Shown: positions 63,345 through 64,000 of the stretch, piece by piece | Layout: every line of letters begins with the position of its first letter | Position numbering within the stretch: the first letter of the stretch is position 1 | NCBI GenBank assembly: GCA_945875865.1 | Contig: CAMCMF010000001.1 | Location: forward strand, 1,395-65,394 | Reading direction: 5' to 3' | Length of the DNA stretch: 64,000 nt | Source of the DNA: Rhizobium sp. Q54 | GTDB lineage: Bacteria; Pseudomonadota; Alphaproteobacteria; Rickettsiales; UBA1997 | The notes under the pieces: model-generated | The model's database searches: none | The model's input: the letters and a program-made list of their open reading frames with translations, nothing else | What the model was told of the DNA's origin: nothing | Made by a program: the position numbers and the translations under genes

Positions 63345-64000
63345 ATGAAAAAAGTTTTATTTCTCTTAAGTTTTTTAATTACATTCCAAGCCTTACCAGT
63401 GCTGGCTAAAACCTATGATCTTGAGATCAAAAAACAGAATGTGTTTATCACTGGCAAGGCGGTTGAAGCGATCACAATAAATAATTCAATTCCTGGTCCA
63501 ACTTTACGCTGGCAAGAAGGGGAAGATGTTGTGATGCAGGTTAAAAACTCGATGAATGAAACAACTTCGATTCACTGGCACGGAATTTTGCTTGATGGAA
63601 AATTTGATGGAGTGCCTGGATTAAACGGATTTCACGGCATTGCACCGCACACAACTTTCACTTACAAATTCAAAATCAGGCAGAATGGAACTTACTGGTA
63701 TCACTCCCACTCCAATTTGCAGGAAGCTCAGGGTGTTTATGGTTCGATTGTTATTGAACCAAGCGAAACCAAAACTGATCGCGACTATGTCATCGTGCTT
63801 TCTGACTTCAGTGAAGAAAATCCAAATACCATTTTAAACAATCTCAAAATCGACTCCGGATATTACAACTACAACAAGCGCACGATTTTTACTTTTTTTA
63901 AAGATATAAAAAAGAACGGATTTTCTGACACGATACGCGATTATATGGATTGGGGCTCAATGCGTATGGACCCTACAGATTTATCTGATGTCACCAAATA
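63345..64000 (+). CDS. multicopper oxidase (CopA/PcoA-like), N-terminal part, truncated by window end
   Basis: Own translation from ATG 63345: signal peptide MKKVLFLLSFLITFQALPVLA, then copper-site motifs SIHWHGILL and GTYWYHSHS. No stop before the window end. Confidence 0.8.
   Translation, partial: MKKVLFLLSFLITFQALPVLAKTYDLEIKKQNVFITGKAVEAITINNSIPGPTLRWQEGEDVVMQVKNSMNETTSIHWHGILLDGKFDGVPGLNGFHGIAPHTTFTYKFKIRQNGTYWYHSHSNLQEAQGVYGSIVIEPSETKTDRDYVIVLSDFSEENPNTILNNLKIDSGYYNYNKRTIFTFFKDIKKNGFSDTIRDYMDWGSMRMDPTDLSDVTK

Overview
AT-rich, Gram-negative-type chromosomal segment in four blocks. (1) 1-1950: a P4-like tyrosine integrase, a partial downstream ORF, and a hairpin-rich intergenic region holding a tRNA 3'-end-like fragment. 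(2) 2035-8508, plus strand: a defence islet with a class II Fic protein, a fused MNT-HEPN protein, a Hachiman-like HamA/HamB pair and a DUF4268-like nuclease. (3) About 8.5-54.2 kb, mostly minus strand: a mosaic prophage. It contains a lysis cassette, a P2-type contractile tail with the E/E' frameshift and four tandem tail-fibre paralogues, and a Mu-gpT-type capsid with lambda-type protease, portal and terminase. It also has a plus-strand moron cluster hit by an intact IS481-family element, a DNA-methylase locus, and a replication/recombination module with an iteron origin. Its immunity region is bracketed by ~78-bp inverted repeats, and a DUF2924 / large serine recombinase triad sits at the right end. 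(4) 54.7-64 kb: a metal-resistance island (YnfA, CsoR/RcnR-type repressor, NicO/RcnA-like exporter, OMF + CzcA-type RND pump, P1B-ATPase, partial multicopper oxidase). The most unusual signal is the C5-methyltransferase locus (38782-40005), where two ~400-codon ORFs offset by one nucleotide are both open over their whole length and both carry family-like motifs. Other leads are the polyvalent tail-fibre array, the mirrored operator arrays around an uncharacterised immunity cargo, and a DUF167 gene inserted antisense in the tail operon. All family assignments come from motif reading and memory; no database search was run.
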